From a virus (lineage: Duplodnaviria > Heunggongvirae > Uroviricota > Caudoviricetes > Schitoviridae): a stretch of 10,669 nucleotides of DNA. This document shows positions 1 through 7,486 of this stretch, piece by piece (the first letter of the stretch is position 1; each line of letters starts with the position of its first letter). Made by a program: the position numbers and the translations under genes. The stretch covers positions 64,001 to 74,669 of the IMG/VR virus record IMGVR_UViG_2595698760_000001. One strand, 5' to 3'. The notes beneath the pieces are model-generated. The model was not told where the DNA came from. It worked only from the letters and a program-made list of their open reading frames with translations, and made no database searches.

Positions 1-2125
1 AAGTGCTGTGAGGCTTCGTCAGGTTGCCGGAACCATTAATACCAAAGTGGCCACCAAACTCACCTACCCAGAGAGGAGCAATCTTCTCGTAGTAGATGAA
101 GCCCCAATGAGTATCCCACACTGAGGCCAGGTTGTTCGGCCAGTTGGCTGGAGGCGTCTGACCGTCATAAGCAAGCCAGCTCTGTGTCCCAACTGATTGC
201 CCATACTCATGAGGTGAGTAGGCAACTTTGTTAGGCAGAGACAGTTTCACCGGCCGGTCTTTAACTCCCTGTAACTGCCCGCCCCACCAGTAGGACTCGT
301 CATTGTACTGAGCCACGCCCTGGCAGAAGATAATCCAGTTCGGGTTCACAGCATGAATGGCGGCACCGGCCTGCTCCACATAATTGGCCCAGGTTGTCCA
401 GGTCAGGTCATGCGGTTCATTATGCACATCGGCCCCCACGATATTTGGGTAGCTGGCATACCGTTGAGCCAACTTGCTCCAGGTGTCCAACCATTTAGCC
501 AGGGTGTAATCCCCGTCCACTGGATTGCCGATGGTTCCCGTACCAGCTTTACCCCGGTGATGGTCGAGCACGATATACAGTCCAATCTGCTGACAATACT
601 GCACCACCATGTCGATAATCTGCAGCGAGTTCTTGCCCACAAACTCCGGGTTCAAATCCGCATCAAACGACAGGCTGGCCGGTGAAGTGTTGTTCTGCAC
701 CTGCTCTCCACAGAACGGCAGACGAATGCAGTTGAAGCCAAAGCTCTTAATCTGGTCAAGGATGTCAGTCCAGCGCCGTGCCCACACACCATGGAACGTA
801 TAGTTGGGTGACTCATTCCCGAACCAGTTAACAGACTTCAGCCTGAATGCACCTTCGGCCGGCAGAGCATCTGATGCACCACCTGCCTCTACCCGATAGA
901 ACTGGTTGCCCAGGATGGCAATACGGCGGCTGATGCCAGCCGCCTCCTGAACTTCTCCGGTAGCATTGAACACTTTGGCCAGGCCATTAGCCTTAAAGCT
1001 CACCGCAATGTTGAATGCGCCGGACGGCATAGACTCGGGAACAGTGATGCGCATATATAGCGTCTCACCCACTTCCAGTGTTGCCTCTGTCATTGCCGAC
1101 CAGTCACCGTGTGCCTTGCCATACTCAAACTCCAGCCCATTCAGGCTGGAAGGAAGATTGGTCAGATGTGCTTCTGCCGTACCCATTGCTTTAATCATGA
1201 TGTCAGCAAAGGCGCTTTCGCCCTGCTTAATGGTATCAAGAGTAACGCTGGTTAAATCAGTGGCCCCGTCAGGGTACGCTCTAAGAGCCACTGTTGACTC
1301 CCCCGATTTGATTACTCCATCGGAGACAGACAGGGCAGGCAGCACACTGGAAGGGTCAGTGCCCTGGCCAGTAAGCGCAGCAGACTTTGAGGTTGAGTCG
1401 TAACTCACCTTCAAGGCTCCCGTCCTGGCGCCCATAGCAGTAGGCTTAAAGCGCACTGCAATGACACACGAGCTTCCGTTACTCAGGCTTGAGCCACAGT
1501 TGTTCGTCTGGGTGTAATCCCCTGAGGCCACGATGCTGGCAATCGAGACAGCTTTGCCGGTATCGTTCTTCAGCGTGATGTTTTTTGCCGCAGTAGTCGA
1601 GCCAACGTCCATTGCCCCAAAGGACAGTGAAGTCGGAGACATGCTCACCACTTTATCTTCGGGGTCTGGGTCAGGGTCTGTGCCACCGCCGTCATCGCTA
1701 CCAATGCCGGAACCACTCAGCTCCACGAACTCCATGCCTGCCGCATCCCCGGTGTCGAAGTAAATGCCGCCTGTACGCAGACCATTAGCCCGGGCACGGA
1801 AGAAGACCAGCACTTCAATCGAACCGCCTGGCCCAATGGTAATGGGGAACAGTTCAACCAGCGCTGCAGTAAAGTCGCCGACTACCAGAATGTCATTTAC
1901 CACCAAATCCTTTTGTCCGGTATTGGTGAGGGTGACAGTGTGGCCTTCGGTGACGGAGTTAACTTTGATTTCACCAAAGAAGATTTCTTTTGGATGCAAC
2001 TCACCTTTGCCACCCCAGCACTGCTTGTGCAGGCCGGGGCAGTTTACCAGGCAGTCATCCTTACGGCTGGAGTGCTCCCAGTCTGTATCAAAGACGGAAG
2101 CATCCAGGAAAGGTTTGTCAGCCAT
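1..2125 (-). CDS. Tail-associated GH5 endoglucanase (cellulase) with N-terminal Ig-like (ASH/choice-of-anchor-D-like) domains; 3' end beyond window
   Basis: Translated by hand; absent from the ORF track because there is no stop in the window. ATG at 2125 overlaps the upstream TAA (TAATG). 708 open codons: MADKPFLDASVF...TVTLTNTGQKDL...DPDPDP...SPTSLSFGAMDVGSTTAAKNITLKN...SVNWFGNES...GFNCIRLPF...VLDHHR...DVHNEPH...WWGGQL...YSPHEYG...WGFIY...APLWVGEFGG. These motifs match the GH5 (Acidothermus E1/Cel5A-like) pattern, with acid/base E570 (nt 416-418) and nucleophile E689 (nt 59-61). Confidence 0.93.
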   Translation of the reverse strand, partial: MADKPFLDASVFDTDWEHSSRKDDCLVNCPGLHKQCWGGKGELHPKEIFFGEIKVNSVTEGHTVTLTNTGQKDLVVNDILVVGDFTAALVELFPITIGPGGSIEVLVFFRARANGLRTGGIYFDTGDAAGMEFVELSGSGIGSDDGGGTDPDPDPEDKVVSMSPTSLSFGAMDVGSTTAAKNITLKNDTGKAVSIASIVASGDYTQTNNCGSSLSNGSSCVIAVRFKPTAMGARTGALKVSYDSTSKSAALTGQGTDPSSVLPALSVSDGVIKSGESTVALRAYPDGATDLTSVTLDTIKQGESAFADIMIKAMGTAEAHLTNLPSSLNGLEFEYGKAHGDWSAMTEATLEVGETLYMRITVPESMPSGAFNIAVSFKANGLAKVFNATGEVQEAAGISRRIAILGNQFYRVEAGGASDALPAEGAFRLKSVNWFGNESPNYTFHGVWARRWTDILDQIKSFGFNCIRLPFCGEQVQNNTSPASLSFDADLNPEFVGKNSLQIIDMVVQYCQQIGLYIVLDHHRGKAGTGTIGNPVDGDYTLAKWLDTWSKLAQRYASYPNIVGADVHNEPHDLTWTTWANYVEQAGAAIHAVNPNWIIFCQGVAQYNDESYWWGGQLQGVKDRPVKLSLPNKVAYSPHEYGQSVGTQSWLAYDGQTPPANWPNNLASVWDTHWGFIYYEKIAPLWVGEFGGHFGINGSGNLTKPHST

Positions 2126-3078
2126 TAAGCAGCACCTCCAGATGAGCCTGCAGCAGCTTCTAAGGCTGCGACACGACCAGCCAATGCAGTTAGGTCACTT
2201 GCTGTAGCAGCGGCGTCTGCGGTCTGTTTAACGGCCGCTAGAGCGGTCTTCGTTGCAGCAGCATCGGCAGTCTGCTTCACAGTGGCCAAATCCGTCTTCG
2301 GTGCCGCGGCGTCTGCCGTTTGCTTTACCTGAGCCAGGTCAGTGCTCGATGCCTTCGCAGCCACATCGGTGGAGAGGGTATCCAGCTTTGCCTTGACCGT
2401 AACTTCAGAACCATCAGCATTGGTGTGGCCGACCAGGGTCGAACCCGTCTTCGCCTTCAGGTTCACGCCCAGGCCATCAAAGTTGTACAGCAGGGTGAGT
2501 GTCTTGGTGCCGCCGCCGGCAACGGTATACACCGTCGGGGAATTGGCCAGACTCTCATCTGCATGGACAAACACCAGGTCACCGTTCTTCAGCGTCTGCG
2601 CAAGCGACGTAGCCGTCGCCTTTGTAGTTGCATGGTAAGAAGCATTCGCCTGCAGGTTTTTGAACAGTTGGTCATAGTCTTCCCAGCTTTTCTCAGTGGT
2701 ATCCAGGCGTTGAGCCAGTTTATCCAGAGCTTCCTGGACAGTGTTATTGGCCGCTGTGCCAATGGCGCCTGCTCCGCCGGAACCAGCCAGAGTCTGCTTA
2801 TAGTTAGACAATGCCTTCATGTAAGCATCGACATCAGCCATCAGAGCAACCAGCATTGGCAGGTTGTCAAAGACGACAAGCAACTGAACCAGTTGTGCCT
2901 GGACGGCAGCAATCTGGGCCATGTGGTTATCGATGTTCACCAGAGACTCCATGTAAAACGAAGTCTGCTTGATGTACTGCAGGTTGTCGTGAACGTGGCG
3001 AACCACGTCGTATGCTGTGCCGATGTACCGGTCTACCAGCCCCGCCTCATTGCGTGGGATATCGAATACGGTGCGCAT
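2125..3078 (-). CDS. Tail appendage/fibre anchor protein, N4 gp66-like N-terminus (317 aa; alternative start 3093)
   Basis: The N-terminal LVDRYIGTAYDVVRHVHDNL motif is typical of N4-like appendage proteins (recalled family knowledge). It has two tailspike-type linker motifs (GAGAIG..TVQEALDKL; GSTLVG..TVKAKLDTL) and C-terminal Ala-rich helical repeats. ATG at 3078 overlaps the upstream TAA (TAATG), which favours this start. Confidence 0.7.
   Translation of the reverse strand: MRTVFDIPRNEAGLVDRYIGTAYDVVRHVHDNLQYIKQTSFYMESLVNIDNHMAQIAAVQAQLVQLLVVFDNLPMLVALMADVDAYMKALSNYKQTLAGSGGAGAIGTAANNTVQEALDKLAQRLDTTEKSWEDYDQLFKNLQANASYHATTKATATSLAQTLKNGDLVFVHADESLANSPTVYTVAGGGTKTLTLLYNFDGLGVNLKAKTGSTLVGHTNADGSEVTVKAKLDTLSTDVAAKASSTDLAQVKQTADAAAPKTDLATVKQTADAAATKTALAAVKQTADAAATASDLTALAGRVAALEAAAGSSGGAA
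2203..2346 (-). repeat. Three tandem 48-nt (16-aa) coding repeats
   Basis: STDLAQVKQTADAAAP / KTDLATVKQTADAAAT / KTALAAVKQTADAAAT, with a degenerate fourth unit ASDLTALAGRVAALEA following. Synonymous codons differ between the copies. Confidence 0.9.
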
Positions 3079-3776
3079 TAGTTCCAGCCCCATTTGATGG
3101 ATTTAATATTGGTGTTGGAGATACTGGTGTGAACCAAATCCTTCTCCGTCACCTCGATGCAGATATTCTCGTAGCGTTGCATGTGCTCTACGGCCTTGGC
3201 AGAGTTGTCCTGTCCATTCATGTGACTGAACACTTTGTAGGCCACATGCGCTTGCAGTGCTTCTTCCAGGAAGAATGGAATACGAATCTCCTGTTGGAGG
3301 TCATCGTCTTTCAGGACTGGATGAGTAGCCTGGTAATGCACGCTGAATACATTGCCGCTGACCGGATGGGTCAACTGGATGCAATCATACTGCGGTGTGA
3401 AGATTGCTGCATACTGCTCATTGTCATTTAATGGCAGCACCTTACCCACTTCGTTAAACACCTGAAGCACCTGAATCAAATCGCCAGTGAATGGCTCCAT
3501 GTCAGAGTCTTCAATGTATTTGCGGTGGGCCGGCTTCTTAGAGCTGACTGCAAACTCCGGGCGCAGATAGTAAAACGTGATGTGGTCATAGCTTCGCAGA
3601 ACCAGTTCCTTCTGGTTCAGGATGAAGCGGGTGTACAGAGCAACCAGTGACTGGTTGGTATACATGACCAACTTAGGGATGTTGTCGGCGCTGATATAGC
3701 CCGCCCCCTCGTTGCCGATGGACAGGTTGCTCAGCTCACCAAACGACAGGTTGCGGAACAGTTCCTCAAGTTTCAT
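3078..3776 (-). CDS. N4 gp67-like virion protein (probable head-tail adaptor), 232 aa
   Basis: Lies directly downstream of TerL as in N4. GAGGT SD precedes the ATG. The sequence (MKLEELFRNLSFGELSNL...LYTRFIL...ALQAHVAYKVFSHMNG...KWGWN) resembles this conserved N4-like family. Confidence 0.75.
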   Translation of the reverse strand: MKLEELFRNLSFGELSNLSIGNEGAGYISADNIPKLVMYTNQSLVALYTRFILNQKELVLRSYDHITFYYLRPEFAVSSKKPAHRKYIEDSDMEPFTGDLIQVLQVFNEVGKVLPLNDNEQYAAIFTPQYDCIQLTHPVSGNVFSVHYQATHPVLKDDDLQQEIRIPFFLEEALQAHVAYKVFSHMNGQDNSAKAVEHMQRYENICIEVTEKDLVHTSISNTNIKSIKWGWN

Positions 3777-3782
3777 AAAACC

Positions 3783-5375
3783 TCACACTAAGTAGGATGA
3801 AATACCGATAACATCATCCGGGCCGTCATCCATATCCCAGTGGTCATCCTTGCGAACCATTGGACTATCTTCGCTTGGTTTCCATGGGTTGAGATACATG
3901 AGCATCGAGACGGTATCCAGGCAATCATCATGTTTACTCTTGAAGCCATTGACGGTAACCATCGTTAGCTCAGACATAAATTCGCCGATGATGTTGCTGG
4001 TTTTCATCTCTTTTGGGAAGTAAACCTTGCCGGCTTTAAAGAGAGGAACAACAAGTTGGAATCGGCTGTATTTATTGGACACCGGACGAATGCCTGCCTG
4101 GGTCTTGCCTTTCTCAATGGCAAAGTTGAACCAGATGTTACGGTTCATCTGCTCGTTGCGGAGCCACTGAATAAATGCACCCTGCTGCCCGGATGTCTCA
4201 ATGCCTACAGCCTGGGGCTGGTATTCGCTCACCAGACGGAACAGTTCATCAATCGACTTGTCCATCGTCTGGCGGGCGCATACTCCATCCACCCAGAACC
4301 AGTCACCGTGGGCATTATAAGCCCAAACAGAAATGACTGAGAAGTCTGCGGTTTCCTTGTCTGAGGTGGCGAAGTCCGTGGTGATGTAGAAGTTAAACTT
4401 GCCCTGGTTCTTCAGCAGGTTCTTCCGCTCATACCACTGGATGTCGTCGTCCTGAATAATACGCTCCTCGTCGGACGAGATGCGCAGCATCAGCTCCTGG
4501 TTGAATGCCGCCAGCTTCCCGTTCTTCAGGGACGTCTCGTATTCATCGAGGATGAACTCATAGGTGAAGCGGTCTTCCCAGGCTCCCCGGAATTCTTCCC
4601 GGCTGCAGGGGAACTTCTCACAAATGGGCCATACGTTGACGTGCCAGCCGCCGGATTCGACTGCCTCATACAGGATGTCGTTCTTGTTGAACGGCGTACC
4701 GTTGAAGATGATTTTGCGGCGGGTTGGGTCGAGGGCGTAGTTGACACCCTTGTACACCGTGTCCTTGATGGCTCCCATCGCTGCCTTGGACTTAGCGTCA
4801 TCATCCGACACCAGGTCATCCAGGATGGCCATGACCGGACGCTTGCCGTAAATCTTCGTACCACGGAGACCGGTCTTCGCACCGAACATCTTGATGCCCA
4901 GGCGGTGCCCGTTTCGGTTGGTGAACTCGATGTAGTTGTCCGTGAACTTCGCCTGAGGCAACCAGTGCTGGAGCCAATCGCTGTTGTTGTAGCGGAACTC
5001 CAGGTTCTGACGAGCCGACTTCACGCCGTTATCCATGGAGTCCGAGACATAGATAAGCCCGGAGATTTCCCCGAAACCTTCGATGCCCTCGAACACAGCG
5101 ATGTATGGCGCCAGGTACTCGAACATGAGAGTCGTCTTCCCCAGGCCACGAGAGCAGAGGTTAGCGATTCGTTTTTTCTGGCCGGCAATCTCGTCGAGCA
5201 TTCGCAGGTGAACCACCGGCGTCTTGTTTGACTCACCTTCCGTGCCGTTTACCAGCTTCACGAAGTTGGTGAAGTTCAGTGAGAACTCCGACGGCTTGTA
5301 GTCACCGGCGTTCAGGTAGGCGTAATCTACCTGGTTCAGCCAGTCATCAACTGTCTTTTCTTTCTGCGCTTCCAT
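3783..5375 (-). CDS. terL: Terminase large subunit (N4 gp68-like)
   Basis: Walker A-like SRGLGKTT, Walker B-like AILDDL, coupling-motif region FNGTPF, and RNase H-like nuclease acidic motifs TTDFA and HDDCLD. ATG at 5375 has a GGAG SD; the ORF track starts one codon earlier at a TTG (5378). Confidence 0.95.
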   Translation of the reverse strand: MEAQKEKTVDDWLNQVDYAYLNAGDYKPSEFSLNFTNFVKLVNGTEGESNKTPVVHLRMLDEIAGQKKRIANLCSRGLGKTTLMFEYLAPYIAVFEGIEGFGEISGLIYVSDSMDNGVKSARQNLEFRYNNSDWLQHWLPQAKFTDNYIEFTNRNGHRLGIKMFGAKTGLRGTKIYGKRPVMAILDDLVSDDDAKSKAAMGAIKDTVYKGVNYALDPTRRKIIFNGTPFNKNDILYEAVESGGWHVNVWPICEKFPCSREEFRGAWEDRFTYEFILDEYETSLKNGKLAAFNQELMLRISSDEERIIQDDDIQWYERKNLLKNQGKFNFYITTDFATSDKETADFSVISVWAYNAHGDWFWVDGVCARQTMDKSIDELFRLVSEYQPQAVGIETSGQQGAFIQWLRNEQMNRNIWFNFAIEKGKTQAGIRPVSNKYSRFQLVVPLFKAGKVYFPKEMKTSNIIGEFMSELTMVTVNGFKSKHDDCLDTVSMLMYLNPWKPSEDSPMVRKDDHWDMDDGPDDVIGISSYLV

Positions 5376-6042
5376 CAATGGTCACTCCAAGTTTTTGGTG
5401 AGCAATATCCTGAGCCGTGAGGCCGGAACCAATAGCTGCCAACTGTTGAGCTGCCAGGCCACTCATCATGTCCTTCAACTCCTTGAGGCCAGAGTTGTCC
5501 GACATACCCACTTCCAGAGAGACTTTCTTTGTCTCGGGTTGTTTCAGGTGGGTCAGCAGACTGTTGGCCGCTTCGGCCCGTACCTTAGCCGATACGTCAG
5601 GGTCAGTCATGATTTCATACTGAACCATGATGGCTTTCTGGTGAATGTCCTGGTTCAGGACGTGAGTCGGAATAAGCGTCTGCTCCATGATTAGGTTCAC
5701 GAGCTTGTTCTTATTGTATGCAGCCACATAAGCGGCAATGTCTTTCGTGGTTGCTCCTCTGGCTACCAGGTTCTGGTAACGCTGGGGGAACGTCCGGGTG
5801 TAACACTCCTGGTTGTTGTAGCCCATCAGCTTGAAACTGACGTAGGCCACAGCGTTCATGTAGTCCTCCATCTTGTACTTGCCGTCCTTCAGGACAGACG
5901 TATACGAGATGAAGTTCTCCCGAATGTTATCCGCAATCAGCGGGTCAACAGGAATCTGGTTCAGTTTGTCTGCCAGGCTCTGCGTAGCATTGGGCTGCAG
6001 AGAACCGGGCAATGCTGCTTTAAGCAGGTCAACAGTAATCAT
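5347..6042 (-). CDS. N4 gp69-like protein (putative terminase small subunit)
   Basis: Immediately upstream of and overlapping terL, the N4 gp69 position. The likely start is MITVDLLKAALPG (ATG 6042, GAGAG SD) rather than 6120. Contains YMNAVAYVSFKLMGYNNQECYTRTFPQRY. The TerS role is an inference from position. Confidence 0.7.
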   Translation of the reverse strand: MITVDLLKAALPGSLQPNATQSLADKLNQIPVDPLIADNIRENFISYTSVLKDGKYKMEDYMNAVAYVSFKLMGYNNQECYTRTFPQRYQNLVARGATTKDIAAYVAAYNKNKLVNLIMEQTLIPTHVLNQDIHQKAIMVQYEIMTDPDVSAKVRAEAANSLLTHLKQPETKKVSLEVGMSDNSGLKELKDMMSGLAAQQLAAIGSGLTAQDIAHQKLGVTIDGSAERKDS

Positions 6043-6115
6043 TAATGACTCTCTTTTCGTGGTTGTTTGGCTAAATGCTATTATGGCAGGAAGCCTTGTT
6101 ATACAATAGCTCCGC

Positions 6116-6143
6116 ATCATACTGACTAAAGCCTAAGTGTTAA
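6116..6143 (-). promoter_or_regulatory. Sigma70-like promoter for the leftward late operon
   Basis: On the minus strand: TTAACA (6143-6138), 16-nt spacer, TATGAT (6121-6116), each a 5/6 match to consensus, about 70 nt upstream of the gp69-like start. N4 late genes are known to use host sigma70 RNAP. Confidence 0.5.
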
Positions 6144-6168
6144 ACGCATTCTCTGAGTGCTTTTAGAA

Positions 6169-6283
6169 CTAACGCCGCGGTAGAGCCGATGTCGATAGTA
6201 GCCATAGATAGCTTTTCTTATTCAAGCCACGGGCAGTGCCCCGTACAGCAGACGAGCCTGATAAGCTCCGGCGCCAGAGTTAG
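6169..6283 (+). ncRNA. Putative structured leader or small RNA (multi-branch)
   Basis: CGCCG 6173-77 pairs with CGGCG 6269-73, and CTAA 6169-72 with TTAG 6280-83. These enclose hairpins CGG-TAGAG-CCG (6178-88), ACGGG..CCCGT (6229-44) and GAGC-CTGATAA-GCTC. No ORF here. Confidence 0.35.
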
Positions 6284-6324
6284 CCAGCCCTCTGTTCACA
6301 GATGCTGGCGGATTTTCTTTCTTT
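6283..6324 (+). terminator. Intrinsic terminator-like hairpin upstream of the 202-aa gene
   Basis: GCCAGC(6283-88)/GCTGGC(6304-09) with inner TCTG-TTCA-CAGA, followed after GGA by TTTTCTTTCTTT. Confidence 0.55.
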
Positions 6325-6372
6325 GGTTTTCCCCTTTTAAAAAATAATTAACTGCAACGTTAAGGATTAGTC

Positions 6373-6981
6373 ATGTCTGAAGTTAAAAATTTCGTAACCG
6401 TTACTGAACGTTCTACCAAAGCAATGCTGTCTGCCTCTGCCACCCTGGCTAAAACCATCGGTGAGCTGACCACTCTGGCCAACACCTCTGAGCAAATCGC
6501 TCAGGAAATTGGTTTCCGTCAGAATGAGCTGTCTCAGGTTGAAGGCGACTACGACCAGAAGCTGGCTGAAGCCAAAGCTGACCTGCGCATCAAAGTGCTG
6601 AACAACGAAGACCAGGTGCTGGGCAATCTGCTGAAAGCACGCGGTCTGGTGACCATCGAACCAGGCGAACTGGATACCCTGCGTGACAACCTGACTGCTG
6701 CCGAACACGGCCAGGAAGATGCAATCGCTGCAGCCGTTCAGCAAGCAATGGCTCAGGCCAACCGTGAAATGCAGGCCCGCCTGTCTCAGCAGGAATCTCA
6801 GCACAAGGTTGCCATCGCTGAGCTGACTGCAAACAGCCGCGCTAAAGACGACCGCGTAACCATGCTGACCGAACAGCTTGATGCTGCTCGTGCTGACCTG
6901 AAGGCAGAGCGCGAAACTCGTCTGGCAATCGCCCAGGCTGAATCTCAGCGTCAGGGTGTTGTGGTCAACGCCGGTAAGTAA
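6373..6981 (+). CDS. Conserved phage coiled-coil protein (202 aa), function unknown
   Basis: AAGGA SD, double TAA stop, and strongly biased enterobacterial high-expression codons (CTG, GCT, CGT, AAA, GAA). Ala/Glu/Gln-rich helical sequence ending RQGVVVNAGK, which I recall as a hypothetical family in N4-like phages. Confidence 0.9.
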   Translation: MSEVKNFVTVTERSTKAMLSASATLAKTIGELTTLANTSEQIAQEIGFRQNELSQVEGDYDQKLAEAKADLRIKVLNNEDQVLGNLLKARGLVTIEPGELDTLRDNLTAAEHGQEDAIAAAVQQAMAQANREMQARLSQQESQHKVAIAELTANSRAKDDRVTMLTEQLDAARADLKAERETRLAIAQAESQRQGVVVNAGK

Positions 6982-7003
6982 TAAGCTGGTGACCCTCAGC
7001 ACA

Positions 7004-7413
7004 GAGTTCCCCTTCGGGGGAACTCGATGGTGAGAATCGCTACCTTACCGTTGCAGTGAGGCTTGTCGGCCAAGCCTGACCTATAGAGGAGCGGAACCAC
7101 TACCGCTCGAAACCGACCTCCGGCTTTCACCCGGATGAAATTGTGGGCCTGAGCGTCCGAAGGGAATGTGGCTATCAACCACCTTGAAAGGTTCCCTTAG
7201 GCGCAAGCCTGCGCTGGCATCGTACTGCCCAGATAGGATTTCGGTTCTATCTGTCGGTATCTTCACCAGTTTACCCGGGCTGGTTTCAAACGAAGGTATC
7301 GACAGATGGAACTGGGTGCATACAGCGGAGCGGCCTTGTGAGAGCAGGGCGTCTGGTGACTCACACATCGGGCGTCATGTTAGGCAGAAGCCCAATGGAA
7401 GCTCACGACCATC
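7004..7413 (+). ncRNA. Candidate large structured non-coding RNA (family not recognised)
   Basis: 9-bp C(TTCG)G hairpin 7004-25; long-range GATGGT 7026-31/ACCATC 7408-13; stems 7059-65/7071-77, 7089-94/7103-08, 7125-29/7136-40 and 7160-66/7192-98; GCAA tetraloop hairpin 7199-7210; 21-bp helix 7244-64/7292-7312 whose only three non-Watson-Crick pairs are G.U. No credible CDS. Confidence 0.65.
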
Positions 7414-7417
7414 AATC

Positions 7418-7480
7418 CTCCCTGCGGGACGAAGTGCGGATAATCCTTCGGGAACCCATACTGAAACGTTCCGCAGGGAG
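7418..7480 (+). promoter_or_regulatory. Structured element sequestering the RBS of the first array gene
   Basis: 14-bp stem CTCCCTGCGGGACG (7418-31)/CGTTCCGCAGGGAG (7467-80) with one G.U, and an inner TCC-TTCG-GGA hairpin (7444-53). Its 3' strand contains the GGGAG SD located 6 nt before ATG 7487. Confidence 0.6.
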
Positions 7481-7486
7481 ACCACC

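Noticed and set aside
353-5694. Plus-strand track ORFs over the late operon (e.g. 966..1403, 1764..2207, 2320..3081, 4641..5231) and 4526..4882 minus
   Set aside because: They are antisense or alternate-frame to clearly identified genes (cellulase, anchor, adaptor, TerL, gp69-like).
6076-6107. Plus-strand sigma70 elements TGCTATTAT (6076-84) and TACAAT (6102-07)
   Set aside because: No matching -35, and they conflict with the better minus-strand promoter. Too weak to call without TSS data.
6109-6115. GCTCCGC (and GCGGAGC at 7325-31) as N4 virion-RNAP promoter core
   Set aside because: Only a 2-bp stem flanks the loop. For 6109 there is also no G at the expected +1.
6220-6268. Twister-like CAAGCC...GCAGA words (also 7066-7080) and CTGATAA as a hammerhead core
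   Set aside because: The required flanking conserved nucleotides and helix topology are missing, and CTGATAA sits in a hairpin loop.
6367-7002. 211-aa minus-strand ORF
   Set aside because: It is an in-register antisense shadow of the strongly codon-biased 202-aa gene, with no recognisable protein features.
7004-7025. Perfect 9-bp UUCG hairpin as terminator of the 202-aa gene
   Set aside because: No U tract follows (GATGGT...), so it is treated as part of the structured RNA or a processing/stability hairpin.
6996-7486. ORFs 6996..7178 +, 7081..7368 - and the 5' extension of 7166..7654
   Set aside because: No convincing SD, atypical composition, and they coincide with dense RNA structure. 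The credible start is ATG 7487.
7418-7486. Hammerhead ribozyme or tRNA-like element (GAAAC; ...ACCACCA end)
   Set aside because: No CUGANGA core or NUH site, and no cloverleaf or T-loop GTTCRA. The CCA is followed directly by the ATG and lies outside an acceptor stem.
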